From the NCBI GenBank assembly GCA_963773065.1, contig CAVYZN010000014.1, positions 96,001 to 160,000 of the forward strand: DNA of 64,000 bases, in the 5' to 3' direction. A model generated the notes under the pieces. It ran no database searches and was not told the origin of the DNA. It saw only the letters and a list, made by a program, of their open reading frames with translations. The stretch is from an uncultured Gammaproteobacteria bacterium (GTDB taxonomy: Bacteria > Pseudomonadota > Gammaproteobacteria > UBA9214). Each line of letters begins with the position of its first letter. The first letter of the stretch is position 1. Below, piece after piece: positions 49,691 to 63,926 of this stretch. The translations under genes were made by a program, and so were the position numbers.

Positions 49691-50892
49691 ACATCCTCGT
49701 CATCAATTCGGGGAGTTCCTCCGTCAAGTACCAGGTCCTCGACATGGCGGACGGGACCGTGCTCACCGGCGGGCGGCTGGAGCGCATCGGCGAGCCGGAA
49801 AGCCGGCTGACCCACCATTGGCGGGACGCCGCGGGCGCGCGGCATGAGATAATCCGCAGCGATCCGGTGCCCGACCATGCGCACGCCTTCGAGCGGATCG
49901 CGGCGGCGATGCGGGAGTCGGGTTCGGCCGGGCAGATTGCCCTCGACGGCATCGGGCATCGCGTCGTGCACGGCGGCGAGCGCTTTCAGGCGCCGACCCG
50001 GATCGACCGGGAGGTGGTCGAGGCGCTGCGCGCCATGAGCGCGCTCGCCCCGCTGCACAACCCGCCCAACCTCGCCGGCATCGAGGTCTGCCTGGCGCTG
50101 TTTCCCGAGGTGCCGCAGGTGGCCGTGTTCGACACCGCGTTTCACCAGACCCTGCCCGCGCACGCCTTTCGCTACGCCGTGCCGGAGAGCTGGTATCGCG
50201 GCCATCACGTGCGCCGCTACGGCTTCCACGGAACCTCACACGCCTATGTCGCCCGGCAGGCAGCCGCCCACCTGCAACGGCCCCTCGCGTCCCTCAATCT
50301 GATCACCCTGCATCTCGGCAATGGCGCCAGCGCCGCGGCCATCCAGTCGGGCCGCTGCGTCGACACCTCCATGGGCTTCACGCCGCTCGAAGGCCTGATG
50401 ATGGGCACCCGCAGCGGCGATATCGACCCGGCCATTCTGTTCTATCTCAACCGCGAGACCGGCATCGACCTCGAAGACCTGGACTACCAGCTCAACCAGG
50501 AAAGCGGGCTCAAGGGCATCTGCGGCGTCAACGACATGCGCGAGGCGCAGCGGCTCGCCGCGGCCGGCGACGAACGCGCCCGGCTCGCCATCGACATGTA
50601 CTGCTACCGCATACGCAAATACATCGGCGCCTACTACGCGGTGCTCGGCCGCCTCGATGCCCTGGTGTTCACCGCCGGCATCGGCGAGAACTCGCCGCCG
50701 ATCCGAAAGCAGTCCTGCGCGGGCCTGGAGCGGTTCGACATCCGTATCGACGACGCCCGCAACGCGCAACCCTGCGCGGGCGTGCTCGAAATCCAGGCCG
50801 AGGCCGCCCCGGTCAGGGTGCTCGTCGTCCCGACGAATGAAGAAATCGAGATCGCCCACCAGACGCTGGCCTGCCTGATGGTGCGCGCGTAA
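49687..50892 (+). CDS. ackA: Acetate kinase
   Basis: LVINSGSSSVKY, GHRVVHGG, APLHNP, RRYGFHGTSH, FTAGIGENS. Confidence 0.97.
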   Translation: MNILVINSGSSSVKYQVLDMADGTVLTGGRLERIGEPESRLTHHWRDAAGARHEIIRSDPVPDHAHAFERIAAAMRESGSAGQIALDGIGHRVVHGGERFQAPTRIDREVVEALRAMSALAPLHNPPNLAGIEVCLALFPEVPQVAVFDTAFHQTLPAHAFRYAVPESWYRGHHVRRYGFHGTSHAYVARQAAAHLQRPLASLNLITLHLGNGASAAAIQSGRCVDTSMGFTPLEGLMMGTRSGDIDPAILFYLNRETGIDLEDLDYQLNQESGLKGICGVNDMREAQRLAAAGDERARLAIDMYCYRIRKYIGAYYAVLGRLDALVFTAGIGENSPPIRKQSCAGLERFDIRIDDARNAQPCAGVLEIQAEAAPVRVLVVPTNEEIEIAHQTLACLMVRA

Positions 50893-50995
50893 ACCGGGGC
50901 ACGGCTTCTGAATACAACCACCGCCCGTTGCTACATCCTGGCGCTGGCGATCAGTTACAATGCCGGGTCATTCATGAATCCCCCAGGGGTAAGGC

Positions 50996-52692
<1,697 letters not shown>

Positions 52693-52693
<1 letters not shown>

Positions 52694-52907
52694 TGACGCC
52701 GGAAGAGATGCAGCGCCTTGTCGCCAGCGGTGAAACTTTAACCGTCGAGTTCAAGGGCGAGGAACGATCACCGCTCAACGACCGGGAATTGGTCGAAGCG
52801 GTGGTTTGTCTCGCCAACCGCACCGGCACCGAGCCCGCATGGCTGATCGTCGGCGTCGAAGACGACGGGCGCGTCACCGGCGCGCGCCCTCGGCACGGCA
52901 ACGCAAC
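52693..52907 (+). pseudogene. AlbA/Schlafen-like DNA-binding domain gene truncated by IS3
   Basis: GETLTVEFK...VVCLAN..G..LIVGVEDDG.VTG, ending at the IS left end. Confidence 0.75.
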
Positions 52908-52954
52908 TGAACCGCCCCGGGTTTACCGGAGACTCCATTTCTTGAGAGGATGGG

Positions 52955-54177
<1,223 letters not shown>

Positions 54178-54219
54178 CTCAAACAACCGAGTCTCCGGAA
54201 TTCCCGGGGCGGTTCAGTA

Positions 54220-54690
54220 TTCTTCACGCCCGGCCGCTACGTGGTCGCTAAGGCCGTCGTTGATAGCTAAGGTGATACTGTTGGGGTCATCACCGTGTAC
54301 CATCATGATCCAACACAATGGGAAGATGGATTTATACAATGGAGAAAACCATGAAATGTCATATCTGTGGCGGTCACGTCGTACCGAAAACCTCCGATAT
54401 GCCGTTCAAGCTCGATGACAATCGCATCGTCATTTTCAAAGACGTGCCGGTGCTTCAGTGCGACCAGTGCGGAGAATACCTGCTTGATGATCCAGTGATG
54501 GCGCGGGTGGAGGAATTGCTTCGCAACGTAGACACATCGGCGGAGTTGGAAATCGTGCGGTATGCGGCTTAATAACGAGCCGCTCGTGGAAAAGATGAAG
54601 CGGCTCGCCGGTCAACTGAACGAACAACTCGCCGAAGGCGCAAGACTCGATCAGGCCATCCGTGCGAATCTCGCTACGTTAGGGTTTCCA
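54220..54690 (+). repeat. Second, degenerate hsdM 3'-end copy, split by the DUF4258-relic/YgiT cassette
   Basis: TPGRYV.A.A..D at ~54225-54265 and NEPLVEKMKRLAGQL...LDQAIRANL..LGF at ~54574-54690. Confidence 0.75.
54351..54572 (+). CDS. YgiT/MqsA-type zinc-finger antitoxin, preceded by a DUF4258-like 3' relic
   Basis: MKCHICGG...KDVPVLQCDQCGE...EIVRYAA; upstream VITVY..DPTQWEDGF remnant. Confidence 0.8.
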   Translation: MKCHICGGHVVPKTSDMPFKLDDNRIVIFKDVPVLQCDQCGEYLLDDPVMARVEELLRNVDTSAELEIVRYAA

Positions 54691-54704
54691 TTGGAGAACG
54701 AACC

Positions 54705-55133
54705 ATGATGCTTAACACGGACCACCTCAAGCGTTGCATCAGCACGCTTGAATCCTCCCTGGCCATGTACCGGGAAGCCGCGCCGGAAAGCATTGACCAG
54801 GAGGTATTTCGCAATGCCATCGTCAAGGGCTATGAACTCGCCCAGGAAACCAGCTTCAAGCTGCTCAAGCGAGCGCTCAAGGACTTCGGCCACGGCGGCA
54901 AGAAACTGGACGCGACCCCGGTCAAGGAAATTCTGCGTCTTGCGGCCACGCACGGGCTGATGACCTTGGAAGAAGTCGAGCGCTGGTTCGCCTACCGGGA
55001 TAACCGCAATAACACCACCCACGATTACGGCGAGGGTTTCGCCAAAGAAACCCTGGTCCTGCTGCCCGGCTTCATCGCGGATGCGAAGTTGCTGGAAACC
55101 TCCTTGCGCGACCGATTCGGCAACGGGGCATAA
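54705..55133 (+). CDS. HEPN / nucleotidyltransferase substrate-binding protein (HI0074-like)
   Basis: RNAIVKGYELAQE, RNNTTHDY (RxxxxH HEPN motif). Confidence 0.85.
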   Translation: MMLNTDHLKRCISTLESSLAMYREAAPESIDQEVFRNAIVKGYELAQETSFKLLKRALKDFGHGGKKLDATPVKEILRLAATHGLMTLEEVERWFAYRDNRNNTTHDYGEGFAKETLVLLPGFIADAKLLETSLRDRFGNGA

Positions 55134-55140
55134 CCACGCC

Positions 55141-55470
55141 ATGTCCGAGCCCAAGACAGTCTCCCTGGATTTGCCGGAAAAATACCTTGAACAAATCAGG
55201 GACCTGTTGCGCATCCATGTTCCCCACGCCGAGGTCTGGGCCTATGGCAGCCGGGTCAGCGGTGGCGGCCACGAAGCCAGCGACCTGGACCTGGTGCTGC
55301 GCAGTCCGGCGAATCTCCGCCAGGAAGCCCCGGGGCTTTTCGGCTTGAAAGAGGCTTTCATCGAAAGCGAGCTGCCGATCCGGGTCGACATCATGGACTG
55401 GGCACGCATCCCCGAAAGTTTTCACGGCGAGATCGAGCGGGCGCATGTTGTCATCCAGGAAGGAAGCTGA
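55141..55470 (+). CDS. Minimal nucleotidyltransferase (MNT) antitoxin
   Basis: AYGSRV.G...SDLDL motif, RVDIMDW. Confidence 0.88.
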   Translation: MSEPKTVSLDLPEKYLEQIRDLLRIHVPHAEVWAYGSRVSGGGHEASDLDLVLRSPANLRQEAPGLFGLKEAFIESELPIRVDIMDWARIPESFHGEIERAHVVIQEGS

Positions 55471-55571
55471 TGAAGCGGCTCACCGCGACGCTGCGCCAGC
55501 AACAGGCCGAAGCCGCGAAGCTGGACGCTGCCATCGCCGCCAATCTGAAGGAGCTTGGGTATGGCGGGTGA
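55470..55571 (+). repeat. Third hsdM 3'-end copy; an intact 33-codon mini-ORF overlapping the hsdS start
   Basis: [33 protein letters not shown], similar to the hsdM tail at 52586-52693. Confidence 0.8.
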
Positions 55572-55719
55572 AAGCAATGGATGGCAAAAACTCCAGCTAA
55601 GCAAATCAGGCATTGAATTTGTAGATGAGAGACCTTCTTCGAGATATCCAAAGCAGTCAGTGTTTCAAACTACTGGGATCCCATTCCTGAACACGACAAG
55701 CACGTCGGAATTTAGACTT

Positions 55720-56843
55720 GGCGCGCTCAAATACCAAGTGCAACATTTTTAGGAGAGAATGTTGCATGGGAAGAAACTACAAGCAGTTGAGCATTGAAGA
55801 ACGGACGATGATCCAGACACAACTGGAGATGGGAATCAAACCGGCGGCGATTGCCTTGGGTTTGCATCGCTCGGCATCGACGCTTTCTCGCGAACTCCAT
55901 CGCAATGGCCGGACTCGCCCAAGAGCGCGTCGCGGCCCTGGAAGAGCGCCGATGGCAGGGGGCTACCGTGCTGATGCCGCCCACCGGCGCGCCCGGATCT
56001 GCACGGTTACACCCCGCGTTGATCACCGTCTGCGGCCGGGAACGGCCCTGTGGAAACCTGTCCTGCGCTACCTGAAAGCGGGCTACTCGCCGGAGCAGAT
56101 TGCTGGCACACTGGCGGTTGTGCATCCCGAAACGCCCTCGTTGCAGGTTTCTCACGAAACCATCTACACCGCGATCTACGCCATGCCCCGTGGCGAGTTG
56201 CGCACGCAAGTGATTGGCTGGCTGCGCTTCGGTCATGCCAAGCGCCGCCCGCGCGCGCGGGGCCAGGACCGGCGGGGACGGATCCCTGACAGGGTCAGTA
56301 TTCATGAACGCCCGCCTGAGGTCGAAGAGCGACTGGTGCCAGGGCACTGGGAGGGCGATCTCATCAAGGGCGCGCACAACCGCTCGGCTGTTGGCACGCT
56401 GGTGGAGCGCACGACCTTGTTCACGGTGCTGTCCCGGATGGACAATGCCAGTGCCGAATCGGCGCTAAGTGGCTTTAGCCACGTGCTCAATCGTATCGAA
56501 GCGCAAAAGCGCCTGTCGTTGACTTACGATCAGGGCCGGGAGATGGCGCAACATCAGCGGCTGACAGAAGCGACCGGTGTGAAAGTCTACTTCGCCGATC
56601 CCCACAGCCCCTGGCAGCGGGGCATCAACGAGAACACCAATGGCCTGCTGCGTCAGTACCTGCCCAAGGGCAGCGATCTGAGCGTGTTCACCCAGAAAGA
56701 ATTGGATGCGATTGCCTGGAAACTCAATACCCGACCGCGCAAATCCCTGGGCTTCAAGTGTCCCGCCGAATTGTTCACTCCGGACGCTTTCGACTTCAGG
56801 CAGCATCATGCTGCACTTTTTGCACTTGGTCATTGAAACCGCC
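55720..56843 (+). mobile_element. IS30-family element, 1124 bp, with 3-bp target duplication CTT
   Basis: Imperfect IRs GGCG..TCAA..ACCAAGTGCAA / TTGCACTTGGT..TTGA..CGCC; CTT on both flanks. Confidence 0.92.
55766..56836 (+). CDS. IS30 transposase
   Basis: YKQLSIEER, SHETIY, GHWEGDL, TYDQGREM, PWQRGINENTNGLLRQYLPK. Confidence 0.95.
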   Translation: MGRNYKQLSIEERTMIQTQLEMGIKPAAIALGLHRSASTLSRELHRNGRTRPRARRGPGRAPMAGGYRADAAHRRARICTVTPRVDHRLRPGTALWKPVLRYLKAGYSPEQIAGTLAVVHPETPSLQVSHETIYTAIYAMPRGELRTQVIGWLRFGHAKRRPRARGQDRRGRIPDRVSIHERPPEVEERLVPGHWEGDLIKGAHNRSAVGTLVERTTLFTVLSRMDNASAESALSGFSHVLNRIEAQKRLSLTYDQGREMAQHQRLTEATGVKVYFADPHSPWQRGINENTNGLLRQYLPKGSDLSVFTQKELDAIAWKLNTRPRKSLGFKCPAELFTPDAFDFRQHHAALFALGH

Positions 56844-58051
56844 CTTGACCTTTCACAGGTCAACTTTGTCACACTGGAAAAATACAACCAAATAACCAAG
56901 GGTAGAGCTCAGAGGAACGATCTGCTTCTCACAACTCGGGGTTCCAATACTGGCAAAGCTGCATTGTTTAACTGCGAGCATGAAACAGCCCTAATCAACG
57001 CCCAGATGCTGATTCTACGTGCGAATCCAACCAATATCTGCCCTACGTTCTTGTTCTATCAATTTAGAACCGACGATTTTCAACGGACATTGAAGGCGTA
57101 TTCGTCAGGATCTGCACAACCTCAGCTCCCGATCAAATCGCTCAAACACATCGATATTGTTCTTCCTCCTGTTGAGGAACTACGCGCCATCGCCGACATC
57201 CTCGGCACACTGGACGACAAGATCGAACTGAACCGGCGGATGAACGAGACGCTGGAGGCGATGGCGCGGGCGCTCTTCAAGTCGTGGTTCGTGGACTTCG
57301 ACCCCGTCCGCGCCAAGGCCGGAGGCCGCGAAACTGGCCTGCCAAAATCCCTCCCCGACCTGTTTCCGGATTCCTTCGAGGACTCGGAGTTGGGGGAGAT
57401 TCCGAAGAGGTGGATAATCAAGCCCATCGGCGACCTAGCGGATGTTGTGGGTGGGACGACGCCGAGTACTAAAGAGCTGTCCTACTGGGAGGGTGGACGC
57501 ACGCATGGGCTACACCTAAAGACCTGTCAGCACTTTCAGTTCCCGTCCTTCTCGCTACTGAACGGCGGATCAACAACACGGTGCTGTCGCAGATCGGTTC
57601 CGGATTGCTGCCGACGGGAACCGTCCTTCTGTCGTCGAGAGCCCCAATCGGCTACTTGGCCATCGCAGAAATTCCGGTTGCGATCAATCAGGGATTCATC
57701 GCGATGACGCCTAAGGCAGAAACGTCAAATTTCTTTTTGCTTCTCTGGGCCAGAGCAGCGCATGACGAGATTGTCAGCCGCGCGAACGGCTCGACCTTCC
57801 TTAAGATTAGCAAGACGAACTTCCGTCCGATTCCGGTCGTCACGTCGTCACCCGACGTGATGCATAAGTTTGGCCAGTTGGCGCGACCACTCTACGACGG
57901 CGTCGTCGAGTCCGCGCGCGAATCCCGCACACTCGCCACCCTGCGCGACACACTGCTGCCCAAGCTCATCTCCGGCGAGCTGCGGATAGGGGATGCCCAA
58001 CGTTATGTCGCGAACGTACAATGATGACAGTTAAAGAACGAGGGCCACACA

Positions 58052-59281
58052 ATGACCAAAGACAGCTACGGGCATAAGGCGCGCATAGAGTATTTGCGGG
58101 TCGAAAATTACCGCGCCCTCAAACATGTGGAGTTCAAGAACATAACGCCCATGACGGCCTTGCTGGGGCCTAATGGCAGTGGCAAGTCCACCGTTTTTGA
58201 TGTCTTTGCCTTTTTATCGGAATGCTTCGAATCCGGACTGCGCCGCGCCTGGGACCGTCGAGGGCGCGCCAAGGAGTTGAAGACCCGGGGCGGCGATGGG
58301 TCGGTTGTGATTGAGATCAAGTACAAGGAACCCAAGTTCCCTGTCATCACTTATCACCTCGCAGTGGATGAGCGCAAAGGCTCGCCGGTGGTCATCGAGG
58401 AATGGCTGCAATGGAAACGTCGCAGTCATGGCAGGCCGTTCAAGTTTCTCGATTACCGGGAGGGGAACGGTCGGGCCATTAGCGGCGCCTTGCCGGATGA
58501 GCAGGATACCCGTTCGGAGATTCCGCTGAAATCACCAGACCTGATTGCCGTGAATGCCCTGGGGCAGTTTGCGGACCACCCGCGGGTGGCGGCCCTGCGT
58601 GACTTCATCACTGGCTGGTACGTTTCCTACTTCTCCGTCGATGAAACACGTGGGCAGCCGGAGGCAGGACCGCAGGAACGGCTGTCCCGCACGGGGGATA
58701 ACGTCGCAAACGTGATTCAATATCTGGCTGAGCAGCATCCGAGTCGACTGGAGCATATTTTCAATGTGCTGCGCGCAAGAGTCCCCCGTGTCGAACGCGT
58801 ATTTGCCGAGGCCATGCCCAACGGGCGCTTGCTGTTGCAGATCAAGGACGCGCCATTCGATAACCCCGTGCTGGCAAAGTTTGCATCTGACGGCACACTT
58901 AAGATGCTTGCCTACCTTGTGCTGTTATATGACCCTTCGCCGCCGCCGTTTATCGGAATTGAAGAGCCGGAAAACTTCCTTCATCCACGCCTTCTCCAGG
59001 AACTGGCGGAAGAGTGCCGCACCGCGTCGGAGCGCTCGCAGTTGCTGGTTACTACACACTCGCCGTTTTTCGTGAATGCGTTGGCTGCGGAAGAGGTGCG
59101 CGTGCTTTACCGCGACGAACAAGGTTACACACTGGCTGTTCGTGCAGCCGATATTCAGGGCGTATCCGAATTCATTGATGCAGGCGCTTCTCTCGGTCAT
59201 CTCTGGATGGAAGGCCGATTCGGCGTAGGCGATCCACTTGTGCGCTCTGGCGCCCCGGCAAAACAGGGGAAGGCCAAATGA
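58052..59281 (+). CDS. ABC-type (AAA_21-like) ATPase
   Basis: [38 protein letters not shown]. Confidence 0.88.
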   Translation: MTKDSYGHKARIEYLRVENYRALKHVEFKNITPMTALLGPNGSGKSTVFDVFAFLSECFESGLRRAWDRRGRAKELKTRGGDGSVVIEIKYKEPKFPVITYHLAVDERKGSPVVIEEWLQWKRRSHGRPFKFLDYREGNGRAISGALPDEQDTRSEIPLKSPDLIAVNALGQFADHPRVAALRDFITGWYVSYFSVDETRGQPEAGPQERLSRTGDNVANVIQYLAEQHPSRLEHIFNVLRARVPRVERVFAEAMPNGRLLLQIKDAPFDNPVLAKFASDGTLKMLAYLVLLYDPSPPPFIGIEEPENFLHPRLLQELAEECRTASERSQLLVTTHSPFFVNALAAEEVRVLYRDEQGYTLAVRAADIQGVSEFIDAGASLGHLWMEGRFGVGDPLVRSGAPAKQGKAK

Positions 59282-59913
59282 CGGTTGAGCATGTCGAACT
59301 GCTCGTAGAAGAGCCCTCCATGGAAGCTGCGCTTCGGCTGCTGCTACCCAAGATGCTCGGCGATTTGTCCTTCGAAATATATCCGCATCAATGCAAGGAT
59401 GAACTGCTGCTCCGGCTGCTGCAACGACTTCGTGGCTACGCCCAGCGCCGCGAGAGCGATGTCTGGTTCCGGGACCATTGCCGTATCGTCGTCGTGGTAG
59501 ATCGCGATGATGACGATTGTGTAAAGTTTAAACGGGGCTTGGAGAAGACCGCCACTGACGCTGGTTTGACGACGCGATCAAGCACGAGAGGCCGTCCCTA
59601 CATTGTTGCCAACCGCATTGCGATCGAAGAACTTGAGGCCTGGTATTTCGGTGACTGGGAGGCAGTTCGGTCCGCCTACCCGAAGGTATCCGCGACAATT
59701 CAAAAACAGGCAAAATACCGGGAGCCGGATGAAATTGTGGGTGGTACCTGGGAGGCGTTCGAGCGAGTCCTACAGAAGGCGGGTTACTACCGTAGTGGTC
59801 TGCGCAAAGTTGAGGCGGCACGCGCAATTGCGGCATATATGGAGCCGTCGCGCAATATCTCTCTGAGTTTTTGCACGTTTCGAGACGTCCTTATGGAGAT
59901 GGCGGGGACATGA
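59278..59913 (+). CDS. DUF4276-like TOPRIM-fold protein
   Basis: [28 protein letters not shown]; ATGA overlap with the ATPase. Confidence 0.75.
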   Translation: MTVEHVELLVEEPSMEAALRLLLPKMLGDLSFEIYPHQCKDELLLRLLQRLRGYAQRRESDVWFRDHCRIVVVVDRDDDDCVKFKRGLEKTATDAGLTTRSSTRGRPYIVANRIAIEELEAWYFGDWEAVRSAYPKVSATIQKQAKYREPDEIVGGTWEAFERVLQKAGYYRSGLRKVEAARAIAAYMEPSRNISLSFCTFRDVLMEMAGT

Positions 59914-60043
59914 AGGAAGTGCATGTTGAGCAGCCGCATGGTTGTTTCAGGCTCAGTCCGTAAGGTTCTGATGAGCGGGTTTGCCGGGTTGCCGATGCGC
60001 GATGTCATGAGTAATATTACTCATCATCTTGAGTAATTAGTAA

Positions 60044-61231
60044 GTGACATATCGACGGCCCCAATTCGAGATTCTTGCCCGGCGTCTGGCGGAGCCGCGC
60101 CGCTTCATTCAGGCGGTGGCGGGGCCGCGACAGGTGGGGAAGACGACACTGGTGCAGCAGGTCGTCGAGGCGGGGAGTATGCCCGTGCAGTTTGCCAGCG
60201 CCGATGAACCGACCCTGCGCGGCGCGGAGTGGATTGCCCAGCAGTGGGAGGCGGCGCGGCTGATGGCCGGGGCGCGCGGCGCGGTGCTGGTGCTCGACGA
60301 GGCGCAGAAGGTGTCTGGCTGGTCGGAGACGGTGAAGCGGCTCTGGGACGAGGACACCCGCAAGCGCAGGCCAATCAAGGTGGTGGTGCTGGGCTCGGCG
60401 CCGTTGCTGATTCAGCGCGGTCTGTCCGAAAGTCTCGCCGGGCGCTTTGAGGTGTTGTATCTGCCGCACTGGTCGGCGCAAGAGATGCGCGCGGCGTTTG
60501 ACTGGACAGTGGAGCAGAGTATTTTCTACGGTGGTTATCCGGGTGCGGCGCCGCTGGCGGGTGAGCGTGCGCGCTGGGTGCGTTATGTGCGCGATGCCTT
60601 GATCGAGACCACGCTCGCGCGCGACGTGCTGCTGCTCACTCGCGTGGACAAGCCGGCGCTGCTGCGCCGGTTGTTCGATCTGGGTTGCCGTTATTCCGGG
60701 CAAATCCTTTCCTATACCAAGATGGTCGGCCAGCTTCAGGACGCAGGCAACACCACCACGCTGGCGCATTATCTCGATCTTCTGAGCGGTGCGGGGATGC
60801 TGGTCGGGCTGCCCAAGTTCGCGGGCGCGGCGGTGCGCAGTCGGGCGTCGAGCCCGAAGCTGCAGGTGCTTGATACCGCGCTGTTTTCCGCGCAGTCTGG
60901 GTATACCTTCGAGGAGGCGCGGGCCGACCCCGAGTTCTGGGGGCGTCTGGTGGAGTCGGCGGTCGGAGCGCATCTCGCCAATGCCGCCGCTGCGGGGGCG
61001 TGTGAGTTGTTCTACTGGCTCGACCGCAACCGCGAGGTTGACTTCGTGGTCCGCGCCGGACGGCGATTGACCGCCATCGAGGTCAAGAGCGGGCGCGCCA
61101 CCGACACATTACCGGGGATGGAGGCATTCGCCGCTGCGTTCAAACCGCAACGCATGCTGCTCGTGGGCGGTAACGGCATTCCCGTGGACGTGTTTCTGTC
61201 CCGGCCCGTGGAGCATTGGATAGGCCCATGA
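60044..61231 (+). CDS. AAA_14/DUF4143 ATPase
   Basis: [32 protein letters not shown]...IEVKSG. Confidence 0.88.
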   Translation: MTYRRPQFEILARRLAEPRRFIQAVAGPRQVGKTTLVQQVVEAGSMPVQFASADEPTLRGAEWIAQQWEAARLMAGARGAVLVLDEAQKVSGWSETVKRLWDEDTRKRRPIKVVVLGSAPLLIQRGLSESLAGRFEVLYLPHWSAQEMRAAFDWTVEQSIFYGGYPGAAPLAGERARWVRYVRDALIETTLARDVLLLTRVDKPALLRRLFDLGCRYSGQILSYTKMVGQLQDAGNTTTLAHYLDLLSGAGMLVGLPKFAGAAVRSRASSPKLQVLDTALFSAQSGYTFEEARADPEFWGRLVESAVGAHLANAAAAGACELFYWLDRNREVDFVVRAGRRLTAIEVKSGRATDTLPGMEAFAAAFKPQRMLLVGGNGIPVDVFLSRPVEHWIGP

Positions 61232-62000
61232 GTGCGTTCACCGAATCCGTCGTCGAAGACGCCGCTCTCGCCTGGGTGGAGTCACTCGGTTACGCCGTGC
61301 TGCATGGACCCGACATTGCGGCCGGGGAACTTGGCGCGGAGCGCAGTGACCCGAACTATCGCGACGTGGTGCTCGAAGGTCGCTTGCGCCAGGCGCTCGT
61401 GCGTCTCAACCCCGACCTACCCGCCGAAGCGCTGGATGATGCCTTCCGCAGGCTGACGCGCAGCGATGCGCCGACGCTGCTGGAGCGCAACCGCGCGGTG
61501 CACCGAATGCTGGTGGATGGTGTGACGGTGGAATACCGCCGAGAGGATGGTTCGATCGCCGGCGCGCAGGCGAGGGTGATCGATTTCGAATCGCCCGAAA
61601 ATAACGACTGGCTAGCCGTCAACCAGTTCACCGTGGCCGACGGCCAGCACACGCGCCGGCCGGACGTGGTGTTGTTCGTCAACGGCCTGCCGCTGGCGGT
61701 AATCGAACTGAAGAACCCGGCCGACGAGAACGCCACCGTCTGGAGTGCCTGGCAGCAGCTTCAGACCTACCAGGCGCAGATTCCCGCGCTCTTCGCCACC
61801 AACGCGGCGCTGGTGGTTTCCGATGGCGTGCAGGCGCGCATCGGCGCGCTCGGTGCGGGCAGGGAATGGTTCAAGCCCTGGCGCACGATCACCGGGCGCG
61901 AGGATGCCGCTTCGAACCTGGCGGAGTTGCAGGTGGTGCTGGAAGGCGTGTTCGATAAGTGCCGCTTTCTCGACCTGGTGCGCTACTTCATCGTGTTTGA

Positions 62001-62048
62001 CGACTCCAGGGATGGAGGAGGTAGAGAAACGCAGGGAGCAGTTGCCGA
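62001..62048 (+). mobile_element. 48-bp mini-element inserted in frame in hsdR
   Basis: Removing it restores [12 protein letters not shown]; inverted second copy at 62516-62562. Confidence 0.75.
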
Positions 62049-62232
62049 GGATGAGGGCGGCGGCAAGCTCATCAAGAAGATGGCGGGTTACCATCAGTTC
62101 CATGCAGTCAACGTGGCGGTGGAGGAGACGCTGCGCGCGGCGCAGCGCGACTGGATGGGCGATTCCTCGGGCACGTTTTTCGCCCAGAGACAGACGGGTG
62201 GTGAGAGGGGCGACCGGCGCGTCGGCGTGGTG

Positions 62233-62264
<32 letters not shown>

Positions 62265-62501
62265 ATGGCCTTCTACGCCGGCCGCGTGATCCTGCATCCG
62301 AAAATGGAAAACCCGACGCTGGTCGTACTCACCGACCGCAACGATCTCGACGATCAGCTCTTCGCCACTTTCGCCCGCTGCCGCGACCTGTTGCGCCAGC
62401 CGCCGGTGCAGGCGGCGGACCGCGCCGACCTTCGGGAGAAGCTGAAGGTGGCCTCGGGTGGCGTGGTGTTCACCACGATCCAGAAGTTCTTCCCGGAGTT
62501 G

Positions 62502-62582
62502 CCCTCACCCAACCCTCGGCAACTGCTCCCTGTGTTGCGCTACCTCCTGCATCCAGCCGTCGTCTCCCGCAAGCGGGAGAGG
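62502..62582. repeat. REP-like hairpin (ccctcacccaaccc-tctcccgcaagcgggagagg) carrying a nested inverted mini-element
   Basis: ctcccgc-aa-gcgggag stem; inserted 47 nt are the reverse complement of 62001-62048. Confidence 0.75.
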
Positions 62583-63524
62583 TGGAAGAATGGACGTGCT
62601 CTCGGCGTGGATTTCCGGCACGCCGCAGGACCGGCTCTCTCTACTGCCTGCGGCGCTGGAACACATCCTCGCGCAGGACGACGGCAAGCCCAGGCTACTG
62701 CGAGCGGTGACCGAGTTGTCGCAAGCCTTCGCGCTCGCGGTGCCGCACGAGGAGGCGCTGAAGATCCGCGACGACGTGGGATTCTTCCAGGCCGTGCGGG
62801 CGGTGCTCGCCAAGAGCACGCCCGGCGAGCGCAAGACGGACGAAGAGCTGGAGCACGACATCCGGCAGATCATTTCGAAGGCGGTGTGCCTCCGATGAGG
62901 TTGTCGATATTTTCGCCGCCGCCGGACTCAAGAAGCCGGATATCTCCATCCTCTCAGACGAGTTCCTGGCCGAGGTGCGCGGCATGCCGCAGCGTAACCT
63001 CGCCGTGGAGCTACTGCAGAAGCTGCTGAAGGGCGAGATCAAGGCGCGATCCAGCGCAACGTGGTGCAGGCGCGCTCCTTCGCCGAACTGCTGGAGCAGG
63101 CGGTGCGCAAATACCAGAACCGCGCCATCGAGACGGCCCAGGTGATCGAGGAGTTGATCCAGCTCGCGAAAGACATGCGCGCCGCCACCGCGCGTGGCGA
63201 GGCGTTGAACCTCACCGAAGACGAAGTCGCCTTCTACGACGCGCTCGAAACCAACGATAGCGCCGTGAAGGTGCTGGGCGACGACACTCTACGCGATATT
63301 GCTCGCGAACTGGTCAGGACCGTGCGCGCGAATGTCACCATCGACTGGACTCTGCGCGAGAACGTCCGGGCGCAGTTGCGCGTGCTGGTCAAACGCATCC
63401 TGCGCAAATACGGCTATCCGCCGGACAAGCAGGAGAAAGCGACACAGACGGTGCTGGAACAGGCGGCGCTGCTGTCGCAGGAATGGGCTCTGGCGTGAGG
63501 GTGAACCCTGTCGGAAGGTGACCG

Positions 63525-63926
63525 TCAGCGCTGGCAGAACGGCCGGTCATCCGGATTCTCGATGCTGTCCACGATCGCCTCGACCAGTTGATTCAATTCC
63601 TGAACCGAGATGGCGCTCAATACGCGGTTGAGGAGAGCCGGCGGCACGCTGGCATAGACGGTCCGGCCGTTACTCAGTTGGATGGTCAGGGCCGCGGCAT
63701 GCTTCTCGGCGCCCATGCCGGCTTCGACCAGCAAGTGTTCCGACTCCGTCAGCAGCTTTTCATAGAACATTTCGATGGCCTCGGTGGTCTTATCGTCGAG
63801 ATTATCCGGGACGGCGACCAGCAAACCCATCTCATCCTGCCGTTGCTCGAAGGGGATCGCGTGCTGTTCCAGCCAGGCGATGAACTGGTTCAAGGATTGT
63901 TCATGAAAGAGGATATATTCCAGCAT
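63525..63926 (-). CDS. Conserved-looking hypothetical protein
   Basis: 133-aa acidic ORF convergent on hsdR, ending PFCQR; probably marks the island's right boundary. Confidence 0.65.
   Translation of the reverse strand: MLEYILFHEQSLNQFIAWLEQHAIPFEQRQDEMGLLVAVPDNLDDKTTEAIEMFYEKLLTESEHLLVEAGMGAEKHAAALTIQLSNGRTVYASVPPALLNRVLSAISVQELNQLVEAIVDSIENPDDRPFCQR

Larger units (their letters stand above)
55561..58024 (+). pseudogene. hsdS: Type I R-M specificity subunit HsdS interrupted by IS30 (plus indels near 57500-57580)
   Basis: [64 protein letters not shown]; reading frame rejoins across the IS. Confidence 0.9.
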
